A DNA stretch of 64,000 nucleotides from Oscillospiraceae bacterium (GCA_015063725.1 SVTP01000001.1:38410-102409); one strand, 5' to 3'. Shown: positions 35,699 to 45,861, counted from the first letter of the stretch. A program made the numbers and translations. Notes: generated by a model from the letters alone, not told the origin.

Positions 35699-37600
35699 TC
35701 AGGACAAAATATCAGAGACTATGGCATCAGCATCCAGCCCAAAGCTCTTCCAAATAGGCTCGTTCCGTGTTTGAATGGCAAAATGCTCGCCCAGTGCCTT
35801 GATTGTGACGGTCTTATTTTGCATGACCTCATAATTTGCAAGAGCTGCCGAGAGCATCATACCCATGCCGCCTGCGCGGATCTCTTCCTCGAGGAACAGC
35901 ACGCGAGAGGATTGCTTTGGCAAAAGACTTGCCACCTCCCCGGCGATCTTTTCGTAAGGCTTGATCTGCTCCAGAAGCAAAATACCAACCTGTTTTCCCT
36001 GCTCTTTGAGCATGGTCTTTGCTTTGAGAGCTTCGGTTGTGATGCGTCCGTGCGTGACGATGACGGCATCAAGTCTCTCTGCCTCGCTCGCGGTATAGTC
36101 AGCGCGCACGCGCCCCGAAACGGTAGCCGCCACTGAATAAAATGCGTTTTTGATGTCCGCATTTTCGTATCCGTTGGGATAACGGATGGCAGTGGGAGTA
36201 TTTGATGCCAAGGCTTCCTCCAAGACGGAGTGGAGCGCTTGGTTGGTAATGGGAGAATAGATGCTGATATTGGGGATTTCGGAAAGGAATGCAACGTCAA
36301 AGATGCCGTGATGCGTGGGACCGTCGGCGGCATTGAGACCTGCACGGTCAATGCAGAACACGACGGGCAGGTTTTGCAGAGCGACATCGTGCACAATATT
36401 ATCGTAGGCGCGTTGCAAAAAGCTGGAGTAGATGGCAACCACGGGGCGGCATCCGTTTGCGGCAAGTCCTGCGGCAAAGGTGACAGCGTGGGGCTCGGCA
36501 ATACCAACGTCAAAAAAGCGTGTGGGATGCTCTGCTTGGAATGCGGAAAGCCCCGTTCCCGAGGTCATTGCGGCAGTAATGGCACAAATACGACCGTCCT
36601 TTTTTGCAAGCTTGGTCAGGTGTGCGCCCATCTCCTCGGAGAAATTGTGTCCGTCAGGATGCGTTGCTCCGGCAGGATGCAGGGCGTGGTAGCGATCGGA
36701 GTGCTCCTCGGCAGGGGCGTAGCCCTTCCCTTTTTTTGTGTGCAGATGGATCAGGCAGCTCTGTCCGCTGGCTTTGGCTTCTGTGAGCAGCTGCTCAACG
36801 GCGCGCTCGTCGTTGCCGTCAACAGGACCGAGATAGTAGAGCCCGAGGTTTTCAAAGGTGTTACTTCCATATAGCATGTCCTTGACGGCGATCTTTGCGC
36901 GCAAGAGACCGCGGAAGATGGGTTTGCCGATCAGCGGAATTTTTTGCAGGAAGTTTGCCGTTGCACGTTTGGTTTTGAAATATCCCTTTGCCGAGCGCAG
37001 CTTGGAAAGAGAAAGTGCCAAGCGCCCGATGTTTTGGGAGATCGACATCTCGTTTTCATTGAGAATAATGACAAGGCGCAGATCCTTGCGGCAGTTATTG
37101 AGTGCCTCGTGGATCATACCGCCCGTAAAAGCACCGTCGCCAAACACGCAAACGGTATACGCATCCGAGCCGCTGAGACGGTCTGCCTCGGCAAAACCGA
37201 GGGCGGCAGAAAGAGAGGTGGAGCTATGCCCTGTTCCAAAAGCATCGTGCTCGCTCTCGCTGCGTTTGGGAAAACCGCTGATGCCGCCGCCATGTCGCAG
37301 AGTGTCAAACACCTCGCGGCGCCCTGTGATCAGCTTGTGCGTGTAGCTTTGGTGACCGACATCAAAGATGATATGATCGTGGGGAGAAGAAAAGACGCGG
37401 TGAATGGCAAGTGTCATTTCAACTGCTCCAAGATTGGATGCGAGGTGTCCGCCGTTTTCTTCTACGCGCTCGATGATGGATGCGCGAATTTCGTCAGCCA
37501 ACGCGGATAACTCCTCGGCAGGCATATTTTTGAGGTCATCGGGGGTGTTGATGCACGCAAGATGCGGATAGCGACCGTTTTGTGCGATTTCGTTTGCCAT
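35699..37600 (-). CDS. dxs: 1-deoxy-D-xylulose-5-phosphate synthase
   Basis: 633 aa with GGHLASNLGAVE, FDVGHQSYTHK, GDGAFTGGM (TPP motif) and DRAGLNAADGPTHHG. Confidence 0.96.
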   Translation of the reverse strand: MANEIAQNGRYPHLACINTPDDLKNMPAEELSALADEIRASIIERVEENGGHLASNLGAVEMTLAIHRVFSSPHDHIIFDVGHQSYTHKLITGRREVFDTLRHGGGISGFPKRSESEHDAFGTGHSSTSLSAALGFAEADRLSGSDAYTVCVFGDGAFTGGMIHEALNNCRKDLRLVIILNENEMSISQNIGRLALSLSKLRSAKGYFKTKRATANFLQKIPLIGKPIFRGLLRAKIAVKDMLYGSNTFENLGLYYLGPVDGNDERAVEQLLTEAKASGQSCLIHLHTKKGKGYAPAEEHSDRYHALHPAGATHPDGHNFSEEMGAHLTKLAKKDGRICAITAAMTSGTGLSAFQAEHPTRFFDVGIAEPHAVTFAAGLAANGCRPVVAIYSSFLQRAYDNIVHDVALQNLPVVFCIDRAGLNAADGPTHHGIFDVAFLSEIPNISIYSPITNQALHSVLEEALASNTPTAIRYPNGYENADIKNAFYSVAATVSGRVRADYTASEAERLDAVIVTHGRITTEALKAKTMLKEQGKQVGILLLEQIKPYEKIAGEVASLLPKQSSRVLFLEEEIRAGGMGMMLSAALANYEVMQNKTVTIKALGEHFAIQTRNEPIWKSFGLDADAIVSDILS

Positions 37601-37650
37601 TGTGCGTCTCCTTTCTGCCCTGTTGGGCGATTTTTATGACATACCATAAT

Positions 37651-37679
37651 AGTATACCACGAAAAAGCAGAAATGTCAA
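37651..37679 (-). promoter_or_regulatory. dxs promoter: TTGACA-17-TATACT
   Basis: Minus strand: TTGACA (37679..37674) and TATACT (37656..37651). Confidence 0.6.
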
Positions 37680-37720
37680 TATTTTTGAAGATTGGAAAAT
37701 GATTTTTGAAAAAACAATTC

Positions 37721-37748
37721 AAAAAAGGATGCCGCAAAAGCGGCATCC
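37721..37748 (-). terminator. terminator of lipoprotein gene 37761..39143
   Basis: GGATGCCGC-AAAA-GCGGCATCC, followed on the minus strand by TTTTTT. Confidence 0.75.
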
Positions 37749-37760
37749 AAAAAGTGTTTC

Positions 37761-39143
37761 TTAGTAGTACATATTGGTATTGGGCGGTAAGGATTTGTAT
37801 TCTTCGGTGTTTCTTATAAAATCTACGATTTTGTAGTATGCGTAGCCGAATTCTTGATGAACTTCCCAGTCTGTATAAAAGTATGCAAGAACTTCCCCGT
37901 CGATTGTAAAATCAACCGTTTCCCCGTTGATCGTGTAACTGATTTCAATATCATAGTAAGGTTGTACGAGAACATTACCAACAACAAAATCTTCTTTGAT
38001 TTCTGTAAAGTTCGCATTATAGAACAATCGATAGATATCCATCAGCTCTTCGCGCGTCAAAACTAAAGTCGTTTCACACTTTGCACCCAATTTGTAATTG
38101 TAACCGTTTTCCAAATGCCCTGTTTTTGAATCGTATGCACCGTCAAATCCCCAGGTCAAGGAGAATGCGAAATCGTCGGGCAATTCAGCTGTTTTTGTTT
38201 CACCACAAATGTAGCAAGTGTAAAGTATAACTTCATTTTGGTCTACTTGTGTAACAACACCGTCATCGTAGCTGTGCGCAATAACGCAGTTGTGATGGTC
38301 TTGGTTCAGTTCAGCAAGAGTATCAAGTGTAATAATGCCTCTATCGAATGCTTCGTTCAAAGTAAGGAGTTTGCCTTGGTAGTATATGAGAATTTCTCTT
38401 TCGTTTGCATAAGTAAAGGTATATGGCGTACCCCATATCTTATCGCTCCAAATAAAATCGTCACCCTCCGCAAGCATAAAGGCATAGACATCATAGGTGT
38501 TGGAACCGGCGGTGTGCTGATATTTGCCGTAAATTTTTCCAATTTCAGGGGGTACTGCCCAATCGTTTTCTGCCATTACAGTAGTGGCTAAGATAGCACT
38601 TTCTGAAACATCCGGCAAAAAGTAGATAACTTCTCGCGTCCAAGCCAAGCTATCCCACAAGTTTGCAGTTGATGCCTTATCATCGAACACCAAAGCGTTT
38701 TCCAATATGGTAAACACATGGGATTTTTCAGGATTTTCAATAGCAAGAATAACCTGACCATCCTTGACTCGGTAAAAATTGCAGTACGGCTCCTCCGCAT
38801 CATCCGGATACTTCGCTTCAAAACGTCCGTTTTCGTAAAAAGTCAAAGAAATGGGCTCTGAACGGAGCGAATAAGGAAGATAATACGTGCCCATAGTTAA
38901 GCCGTTAATAACTTTTGGGGGCGTAACTTCGGGCGGTGTTTCCGGGGTTGTAACATCCTCCGTTGTGGTTTCTGCTGCTGTGCCCTCCGGCGTTGTCTCC
39001 TCTGGGGTCGTGCTCTCGGGCGTTGTTACATTCGGAGTAGTGGCATTGGGAGTTGTTCCCTCGGTTTGATTGCCTTGCAAACAACCCGAAAGAGCCGTCA
39101 AAAGTAGGGATGCGAGCAAAAGAACTGAAAATAGTCTTTGCAT
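37761..39143 (-). CDS. lipoprotein of unknown function with TTPxx-repeat linker
   Basis: 460 aa. Lipobox LTALSG-C and five TTPxx pentapeptide repeats. AAGGAGG RBS and terminator at 37721-37748. Preceded by a long structured leader. Confidence 0.75.
   Translation of the reverse strand: MQRLFSVLLLASLLLTALSGCLQGNQTEGTTPNATTPNVTTPESTTPEETTPEGTAAETTTEDVTTPETPPEVTPPKVINGLTMGTYYLPYSLRSEPISLTFYENGRFEAKYPDDAEEPYCNFYRVKDGQVILAIENPEKSHVFTILENALVFDDKASTANLWDSLAWTREVIYFLPDVSESAILATTVMAENDWAVPPEIGKIYGKYQHTAGSNTYDVYAFMLAEGDDFIWSDKIWGTPYTFTYANEREILIYYQGKLLTLNEAFDRGIITLDTLAELNQDHHNCVIAHSYDDGVVTQVDQNEVILYTCYICGETKTAELPDDFAFSLTWGFDGAYDSKTGHLENGYNYKLGAKCETTLVLTREELMDIYRLFYNANFTEIKEDFVVGNVLVQPYYDIEISYTINGETVDFTIDGEVLAYFYTDWEVHQEFGYAYYKIVDFIRNTEEYKSLPPNTNMYY
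38982..39056 (-). repeat. five 15-nt repeats encoding TTPNA-TTPNV-TTPES-TTPEE-TTPEG
   Basis: Read directly from the translation of 37761..39143, residues 30-54. It forms the linker after the lipobox. Confidence 0.85.
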
Positions 39144-39167
39144 AGTTTACCTCCTTAAAATTTGTGT

Positions 39168-39217
39168 AAAAAACAAAAAAGCGCAAAGATAGCCGTTATC
39201 AGCTCTACTCTTGCGCT
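39168..39217 (-). terminator. intrinsic terminator inside the 5' leader of lipoprotein gene 37761..39143 (attenuator-type)
   Basis: Minus strand: AGCGCAAGA-N19-TCTTTGCGCT (9 bp, one bulge) followed by TTTTTGTTTTTT. It ends 11 nt before the AAGGAGG RBS. Confidence 0.55.
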
Positions 39218-39339
39218 CTTATTTGACGATTTTTGTTGCCATCCGCAAAGTTGTTGGTGGCAAGCAAACACGTTTTGCACAGAGCAGAACTGTTTGAAAT
39301 CGTGTGATTTTTGATGTCACCTCAATATTTTACATTTTT

Positions 39340-39368
39340 ATTTTAGCATATTTTCTTTTGCCTGTCAA
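39340..39368 (-). promoter_or_regulatory. promoter driving the long leader of lipoprotein gene 37761..39143: TTGACA-17-TAAAAT with TATGc extended -10
   Basis: Minus strand: TTGACA (39368..39363), 17-nt spacer, TAAAAT (39345..39340). The start codon lies ~190 nt downstream. Confidence 0.6.
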
Positions 39369-39509
39369 GTGTTTTTTTGATCGAAAGGAAAAAAATGGTA
39401 AATTATTTTTCTTTTCCTTTCAAATTCCGACAAATTACGCAGGGCAAAAGTTCTATAATAATACAAAAAGGACAGCTATGCGCTCTCCGAAAAGAAAGGA
39501 CTGATCAAT

Positions 39510-40052
39510 TTGCTTTGCGAAAAATGCAAAAAAAGGACGGCTACCGTCTTTTACAATGAAAATCTCAACGGAAAGGTGCGATCCTACTCCCTTTGCGGCG
39601 AATGTGCCGCAAAATTGCACGAAAAGGGGGATATTGGAGATATTACCTCGATGCTTGGCAGCTTTGCCGATCCCTTTTGCGATCTACACGAAAACCTCTT
39701 TGGCGGCTTTTTTGGCATGGGTCCGCATACTGCCGTCAGCGGCAAAAAATGCCCCGACTGTTCCTCTACCTTTGCGCGCATCCGTGGGAGCGGTCGCGTA
39801 GGTTGCCCCACCTGCTATCGCGTCTTTGCCGAAGAGCTCGCACCAACGCTCCATACCGTTCACGGAACCACCACACATACGGGAGCAGTTCCTGCCCGTC
39901 ATCGCGCAAGACGTGCCAAGGCAGAGCGGCTCAAGCTGCTCAAGCGGCAAATGCAAGAGGCGATTGCAAAGGAAGATTTTGAGGTTGCCGCAACGCTTCG
40001 TGACGAGATCAAAAGCCTTGAAGACAACAAAAGAAAGGAGAGTGAAGCATAA
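39510..40052 (+). CDS. mcsA: protein arginine kinase activator McsA (UvrB/UvrC-motif, zinc-ribbon protein)
   Basis: 180 aa. Two CxxC pairs at the N-terminus, further CPDC/CPTC, and a C-terminal UVR motif (EDFEVAATLRDEIKSL). TTG start. Adjacent to mcsB. Confidence 0.88.
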   Translation: MLCEKCKKRTATVFYNENLNGKVRSYSLCGECAAKLHEKGDIGDITSMLGSFADPFCDLHENLFGGFFGMGPHTAVSGKKCPDCSSTFARIRGSGRVGCPTCYRVFAEELAPTLHTVHGTTTHTGAVPARHRARRAKAERLKLLKRQMQEAIAKEDFEVAATLRDEIKSLEDNKRKESEA

Positions 40053-41065
40053 TGGCTTGGTATAACACAACAGGACCTCTATCCGATACGGTCATCAGCT
40101 CGCGTGTGCGGCTTGCAAGAAACATAAACGGCTACCCCTTCCCCTCCCGTTTGGATGCCAATAACGCAAATGAGATCATTGAAAAGGTCTCTGCACCTTT
40201 GGAGAATGCAGGATTTCGGCGCATCAATTTTTCGGATATTTCCCCTATTATGGCAACGTCTTACGTAGAACGCCACTACGTCAGCCCCGAATTTGCCACC
40301 ATGGAAACACCGCACTCACTCCTTTTGCAAGAGGCAAACGGCTGCGCCGTAATGCTTTGCGAGGAGGATCATTTGCGCATACAGGCTATTCTTTCGGGAC
40401 TTTCTTTAGAAGAAGCTTACAAAAACGCCTCGGAGATTGAAAAACGTCTGGATGCCGATTTTGATTTTGCTTACAGTGACACGCTTGGCTATCTTACCCA
40501 CTGCCCCACCAACCTTGGCACGGGGATGCGTGCATCGGTAATGATGTTTCTGCCCGCACTCTCACGCGGCGGCTATATCGCATCTCTTGCCGCACAGCTT
40601 GCAAAGCTCGGTCTTGCCATACGCGGTCTGTTTGGCGAAGGCAGCGGCAGTGCGGGATGTATGTATCAGATATCCAATCAGATCACGCTCGGCGTGACGG
40701 AAAATGAGATCCTCTCAAAGCTGACCGAGGCGGTCAGACAGATCAGCGAGAGTGAAATGCAAGCGCGCAAGAACATTCAAGAGGACGCACTTGAAGCTTT
40801 GACGGATAAGGTTGGGCGATGTGTGGGCATACTAAAGCATGCTTATATGATTGGCACTGAGGAGTTCATCAGGCTCTTTTGTGAGGTACGGCTCGGCATC
40901 TCCAAAGGTCTTGTTTCGGGCATTACCTACGAGCAATTGGGCACACTTTTGGTAGAGGCGATGCCTGCCACCCTGACACTTTCCTCGGAGACAACTCCCA
41001 AGGGAGAAGTAGCACGCGACAAGCTCCGCGCCGCACGCATCAAGGCGGTCCTTGATGCCTCATAA
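40052..41065 (+). CDS. mcsB: protein arginine kinase McsB (ATP:guanido phosphotransferase)
   Basis: 337 aa with SSRVRLARNINGYPFP, CPTNLGTGMRASVM and a GEG...IS.Q.TLG-type region. Start overlaps the mcsA stop (TAATG). Confidence 0.93.
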   Translation: MAWYNTTGPLSDTVISSRVRLARNINGYPFPSRLDANNANEIIEKVSAPLENAGFRRINFSDISPIMATSYVERHYVSPEFATMETPHSLLLQEANGCAVMLCEEDHLRIQAILSGLSLEEAYKNASEIEKRLDADFDFAYSDTLGYLTHCPTNLGTGMRASVMMFLPALSRGGYIASLAAQLAKLGLAIRGLFGEGSGSAGCMYQISNQITLGVTENEILSKLTEAVRQISESEMQARKNIQEDALEALTDKVGRCVGILKHAYMIGTEEFIRLFCEVRLGISKGLVSGITYEQLGTLLVEAMPATLTLSSETTPKGEVARDKLRAARIKAVLDAS

Positions 41066-41086
41066 CACGCAGAGAAAGGATAGCAA

Positions 41087-43537
41087 ATGAAGAACAGATT
41101 TACGCAAAAAGCACAGAATGCGCTCAACTTTTCACTCGGGAGTGCATCGGACATGGGACACACCTACATTGGCTCGGAGCATCTTTTGCTCGGTCTTTGC
41201 CGTGAGGAAAGCGGTGTTGCCGCACACTACCTGCAAAGCCGAGGGGTTGATGCCGAAAAGGTGAAGAGTGCCATCATCCGTTTGGCAGGTGCGGGCGTCC
41301 CTTGCGAGGTTTCGGCAACCGATATGACACCGCGCACCAAAAGCATTATTCAGGCATCCTTTGCCGAGGCACAAAAGTGCGGTCAGGAATTGATCGGCAC
41401 CGAGCATTTGCTCCTATCCATCTTGCGCGAGCAGGATTCTGTGGCTGTGCGTATTTTGGAGAGCTTTCATATCTCTGTCAGCGATCTTTCAAGTGATCTT
41501 GCCGCTTATATCGGTGCTTCCCCCACTCTTGAGGGAGCAATTCCTATCAAAAATAAGACAGCAGAACGAAAAAGAGACAGTGTTCTCTCCTCTACTCAGG
41601 CACTCAAAAGCTATGCCCGAGATCTTTGCGAGCTTGCTGCGACGGGTAAGATTGATCCCGTGATCGGGCGCGATGGGGAGACAGAGCGGCTCATTCAAAT
41701 TCTTTCAAGACGGCAAAAGAACAATCCGTGCCTGATTGGCGAGCCGGGCGTTGGCAAAACCGCGGTCGTTGAAGGTCTTGCCACGCGGATTATAAGGGGG
41801 GATGTTCCCGAAAATCTGCTTGATAAAGCCGTGGTAACGCTTGACATCGCCTCTATGATCGCAGGTGCAAAATACCGCGGCGAGTTTGAAGAACGCTTTA
41901 AAAACGTGATGGAAGAGGTGCGCAAAAACCCGAATATCATTCTCTTTATTGATGAAATCCACACCATCATCGGTGCGGGAGCCGCCGAGGGAGCGGTGGA
42001 TGCCGCCAACATCATCAAGCCTGCCCTGGCACGCGGTGAATTGCAGGTGATCGGCGCAACCACTACCCCCGAATACCGTCGCCACATTGAAAAGGATGCG
42101 GCACTTGAGCGACGTTTTCAAGCTGTAACCGTAGGTGAACCCTCACGCGAGGATGCTTTGGCGATCCTTTTGGGGTTGCGTGAACGGTATGAGACGCATC
42201 ACAAGCTCAAAATTTCAGACGAGGCGCTTCGAGCTGCGGTGGAGCTTTCCGTCCGTTATATTGCCGATCGCTATTTGCCCGATAAAGCCATTGATCTGAT
42301 TGACGAGGCAGCATCGCGTCTGCGGATCCGCGCACACACCTCCCCCGACGGCATCAAAGCCAAGGAAGAAGAGCTTAAAGCGGTCTCACGAGAGAAAGAA
42401 ACGGCGATCCTTTCGCAAGAATTTGAAAGTGCCGCCGCTTTGCGCGATAAGGAGCAAGCCTTGAAAAAGGAGATCGAGGAAGAAAAACAGGAGTGGCGTT
42501 CTGCGCAAGAATCCAAAGAACTCTCTGTCAGTGAAGCGGACATTGCCGAGGTCGTTACACAATGGACAGGCATCCCCGTGCACAATCTTTTGAGTGAGGA
42601 AGAAGAACGTCTGCTCCACCTGGAAGAACATTTGAAGGCGCGCGTAATCGGTCAGTCGGATGCGATCGGTGCAGTTGCAAAAGCGATTCGACGCGGTCGC
42701 ATTGGGCTCAAGGATCCACGCCGTCCCATAGGTTCCTTCATTTTTATGGGACCGACGGGCATTGGCAAAACCGAGCTCGCTCGCGCGCTTGCCTTTGTGA
42801 TATTTGGGAGTGAGAGTGCGATGATCCGCCTTGATATGTCGGAATATATGGAAAAGCACAGTGTTTCCAAGCTCATCGGCTCCCCTCCCGGCTACGTCGG
42901 CTTTGATGAGGGCGGACAGCTGACCGAAAAGATACGCCGCAAGCCCTATTCGGTGCTTCTGTTTGACGAGATCGAAAAAGCGCATCCCGACGTATTCAAC
43001 ATCCTTTTGCAGGTGCTTGAGGACGGACATTTGACCGACTCGCAAGGGCGGCAGGTAGATTTTAAAAACACCGTCATCATCTTGACCTCAAACGTCGGTG
43101 CATCGGATCTTTCTGCTACAAAAACGCTTGGATTTGTCTCCGACTCTGCCGAGAGCGAGAAGAGCGAACGCCGCGAGAAAATGATGCGTGCATTGCGGTC
43201 GACATTCCGCCCCGAGTTTCTCAATCGAGTGGATGAGGTGGTTGTTTTTAACAGTCTTTCAAAAGAAGATATCACCTCTATCGCGCGCCTGATGCTGGAA
43301 GATGTGGTGGAGCGTTGCAGGGATATTGGCATTTCCCTTTCCTTCTCCCCGGCGGTTGCGGAGCTGCTTGCCGCCAAGGGATTTGATGAGAGCTGGGGCG
43401 CACGCCCCTTGCGCAGAACGGTGATGCGTCTTGTGGAAGACAGACTTTCCACCGATCTTTTAGAGGGGAAATTCGCCAAAGGTGACAGCGTTTTGGCAGA
43501 CGTAACCGATAATGAGATCGTGTTTGAGAAGAAGTAG
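41087..43537 (+). CDS. clpC: ATP-dependent Clp protease ATP-binding subunit ClpC
   Basis: 816 aa. Clp_N repeats ([14 protein letters not shown] / [10 protein letters not shown]), two Walker A motifs ([16 protein letters not shown]), a UVR-like middle domain, and an LGF ClpP loop. Confidence 0.95.
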   Translation: MKNRFTQKAQNALNFSLGSASDMGHTYIGSEHLLLGLCREESGVAAHYLQSRGVDAEKVKSAIIRLAGAGVPCEVSATDMTPRTKSIIQASFAEAQKCGQELIGTEHLLLSILREQDSVAVRILESFHISVSDLSSDLAAYIGASPTLEGAIPIKNKTAERKRDSVLSSTQALKSYARDLCELAATGKIDPVIGRDGETERLIQILSRRQKNNPCLIGEPGVGKTAVVEGLATRIIRGDVPENLLDKAVVTLDIASMIAGAKYRGEFEERFKNVMEEVRKNPNIILFIDEIHTIIGAGAAEGAVDAANIIKPALARGELQVIGATTTPEYRRHIEKDAALERRFQAVTVGEPSREDALAILLGLRERYETHHKLKISDEALRAAVELSVRYIADRYLPDKAIDLIDEAASRLRIRAHTSPDGIKAKEEELKAVSREKETAILSQEFESAAALRDKEQALKKEIEEEKQEWRSAQESKELSVSEADIAEVVTQWTGIPVHNLLSEEEERLLHLEEHLKARVIGQSDAIGAVAKAIRRGRIGLKDPRRPIGSFIFMGPTGIGKTELARALAFVIFGSESAMIRLDMSEYMEKHSVSKLIGSPPGYVGFDEGGQLTEKIRRKPYSVLLFDEIEKAHPDVFNILLQVLEDGHLTDSQGRQVDFKNTVIILTSNVGASDLSATKTLGFVSDSAESEKSERREKMMRALRSTFRPEFLNRVDEVVVFNSLSKEDITSIARLMLEDVVERCRDIGISLSFSPAVAELLAAKGFDESWGARPLRRTVMRLVEDRLSTDLLEGKFAKGDSVLADVTDNEIVFEKK

Positions 43538-43542
43538 AGATA

Positions 43543-43580
43543 AAGGACAGAGATTTTTGGTCTCTGTCCTTAATTTTTTT
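43543..43580 (+). terminator. clpC terminator
   Basis: AAGGACAGAGA-N7-TCTCTGTCCTT followed by AATTTTTTT. Confidence 0.8.
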
Positions 43581-43647
43581 CCAAAAAATCCACACAAGCG
43601 CCCAATTATATGTTATAATATAATTAACTATACAATTTAGGAGGTGC

Positions 43648-45861
43648 ATGATGAAAAGAAAGTCCAAAAAGCTTGTGCTGGCGCTGGTTTGCACTCTGCT
43701 TGCCGTATGTCTTGTTGGCGGTGTTATTCTGGTTGTCAGTGGAAACACTCGCTATTTTGAAGGCGAGGCAGAAGAATATTATCAATCTCTTCTTTCCCAA
43801 GGCTTTCCCGAAGAATATGCGCGCCCCTTAACGGAGTTACATCTGCTCCACCCCGAATGGAGCTTTACTCCCCTGCTCATTACCGAGGGCAATTCCCTTT
43901 ACCGTTGGGATTACGTCATCGATCAGGAAACCAAGGATGCCGAAACCAATTTGATCTCGGGCAATGACGACTATCGCGCTTACCGTCATGCAACCAATAA
44001 AGAAACCTATGATTCGGGCTACTATCAGGCATCGGTTGCGGCTGTTAAATACTTTATGGACCCGCGCAACTTTTTGAATGAAACCGACATCTTTCAGTTC
44101 TATGATCTTTCTGCCGCGCACACTGTCGGCATCGAAGAGGTCGAGGCAGTGCTTGTTGGCACGTTTATGAAGGATGCCACCTTGGAGAACGGCAAGACCT
44201 TTGCCGAATACTTCCTTGAGGTGGGACAGGCACTTGACGTCAATCCCGTTTATCTTGCCGTAAAAGCACGTCAGGAGCAAGGCGGCGACGGCATCTCTCC
44301 CGTTCTTGGCGGCAAGTGCGGCACGCTCCTTGCCGAGTATTATGAGAACGGCACGCAAACCTCCGAGAGCGGCAACAAGGTCCTCGCGCCCAGCGAAGGT
44401 TACACCGCCGAGGAACTCAAGGCGCTGGACGGCTACTACAATCTTTTCAATATCAAAGCAAGCGGAAACGGTCTGTTTGCCATTTATTACAATGCCATGA
44501 AGCGTGCTCAAAGCGGCACCGAAGATATGGCAGAAGCTTGGGGCTCCCCCGCTTGGGATACTCTTTGGAAGTCCCTTTGGGGCGGTACATATACCATTAA
44601 GACAAGCTTTATCGACCGCTACCAAAACACCATCTATTTGCAAAAATTCAACGTTGACAGTCGCGCATCTGACCGCAACTTCTGGGGACAGTATATGCAA
44701 AACGTGGCAGGTGCGCTGACCGAATCCCGTACCCTCTTTGGCGCGTTTGCGTCGTCGGGGGTTCTTGACGGACCTTGTAGCTTTGTCATTCCCGTTTATG
44801 AAGGGATGCCAAGTAAAGCTTGCGCCGATCCCGCAGGCGGACGTTGCTCCTATCTTGCCACCGCACCCGAAAAGTATGAAAGCTCCGCTTTCTTCTCAAG
44901 TCCCATTCTGCAAACGAGCAAAACCACCATTTATGATACTTTGCGCGTGCATAGCGATGACTCCATTCATCTTCGTGGTATTATGACACACTCCTACGGC
45001 GTTTTGCGCATTGAGTACCGTTGGGACAGCGGTGAGTGGCAAACACTTTGCGAGGGTGACAAATTTGACGTCAAGCTCCCAATCGAATTTGAGGTCGATA
45101 CCACTCACATTCTCACTCTGCGCACAATTGCAGGCTATGACCACACCGAGAGCACCAAAAAGTCGAATTGGTCGGTGTTGTCGGCAGTCTTTTACGTCAA
45201 CGTTGTGGAACGTCCCAAAATCAACATTTCCATTGAAGATAATGAAAACAAGACCGTAACTCTGCACCGAGCGGGAACGGCTTTTACCCTGCCCACCTGT
45301 GAGGAAAAGAATTTTGTTGGCTGGTACGGCTCGGATAATACCCTGATGCCCTCGGGCGGTGTGGTCTCTCCCGAGGCGGACGTTACCTACACGGCGCTTT
45401 ATATGCGCTTTGAGCAAATGCGCGGCGCTGCTTTAGTCTTTCCCGAGGATGAAACACATCTGCGCTTTTATGCCGCTGCCGAGATGGCTACTCTTGATAA
45501 AATTTCCGCAACGAATGCAACCGTTTCCTTTTTTGCCACTGTTGTGAGTGAGAACGGAGCGGAAGAAACCACTCCCGTAATGCTTGGCGGAAGCGAGGAT
45601 GCCTTTGACACTGCATGGCGCACTCTTTCGGCTGACACGAAAGCTCTTGACAAAAATTCTTATCACGCAAATTATTCTATGCGCTTTTGGGCACTTTACA
45701 CCTACTCGGACGGTAGTGTGCAAGCTTTTATGCCCGACGGCATATACTGTCAAAGAAGTGCGGCAGAGGTTGCAACCGCTGCCCTTGCGGATACGACAGT
45801 ACAATATGACAATGACATTATCGAACACCTGATGCAGATCGTGTCCGAGACGAACACTTGA
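43648..45861 (+). CDS. membrane-anchored N-acetylglucosaminidase-like cell-wall hydrolase (COG4193/GH73-related)
   Basis: 737 aa with an N-terminal TM. GFPEEYARPL..LHLLHPEWSF, YFMDPRNFLNETDIFQF and NPVYLAVKARQEQG resemble the glucosaminidase family, from memory. Confidence 0.6.
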   Translation: MMKRKSKKLVLALVCTLLAVCLVGGVILVVSGNTRYFEGEAEEYYQSLLSQGFPEEYARPLTELHLLHPEWSFTPLLITEGNSLYRWDYVIDQETKDAETNLISGNDDYRAYRHATNKETYDSGYYQASVAAVKYFMDPRNFLNETDIFQFYDLSAAHTVGIEEVEAVLVGTFMKDATLENGKTFAEYFLEVGQALDVNPVYLAVKARQEQGGDGISPVLGGKCGTLLAEYYENGTQTSESGNKVLAPSEGYTAEELKALDGYYNLFNIKASGNGLFAIYYNAMKRAQSGTEDMAEAWGSPAWDTLWKSLWGGTYTIKTSFIDRYQNTIYLQKFNVDSRASDRNFWGQYMQNVAGALTESRTLFGAFASSGVLDGPCSFVIPVYEGMPSKACADPAGGRCSYLATAPEKYESSAFFSSPILQTSKTTIYDTLRVHSDDSIHLRGIMTHSYGVLRIEYRWDSGEWQTLCEGDKFDVKLPIEFEVDTTHILTLRTIAGYDHTESTKKSNWSVLSAVFYVNVVERPKINISIEDNENKTVTLHRAGTAFTLPTCEEKNFVGWYGSDNTLMPSGGVVSPEADVTYTALYMRFEQMRGAALVFPEDETHLRFYAAAEMATLDKISATNATVSFFATVVSENGAEETTPVMLGGSEDAFDTAWRTLSADTKALDKNSYHANYSMRFWALYTYSDGSVQAFMPDGIYCQRSAAEVATAALADTTVQYDNDIIEHLMQIVSETNT

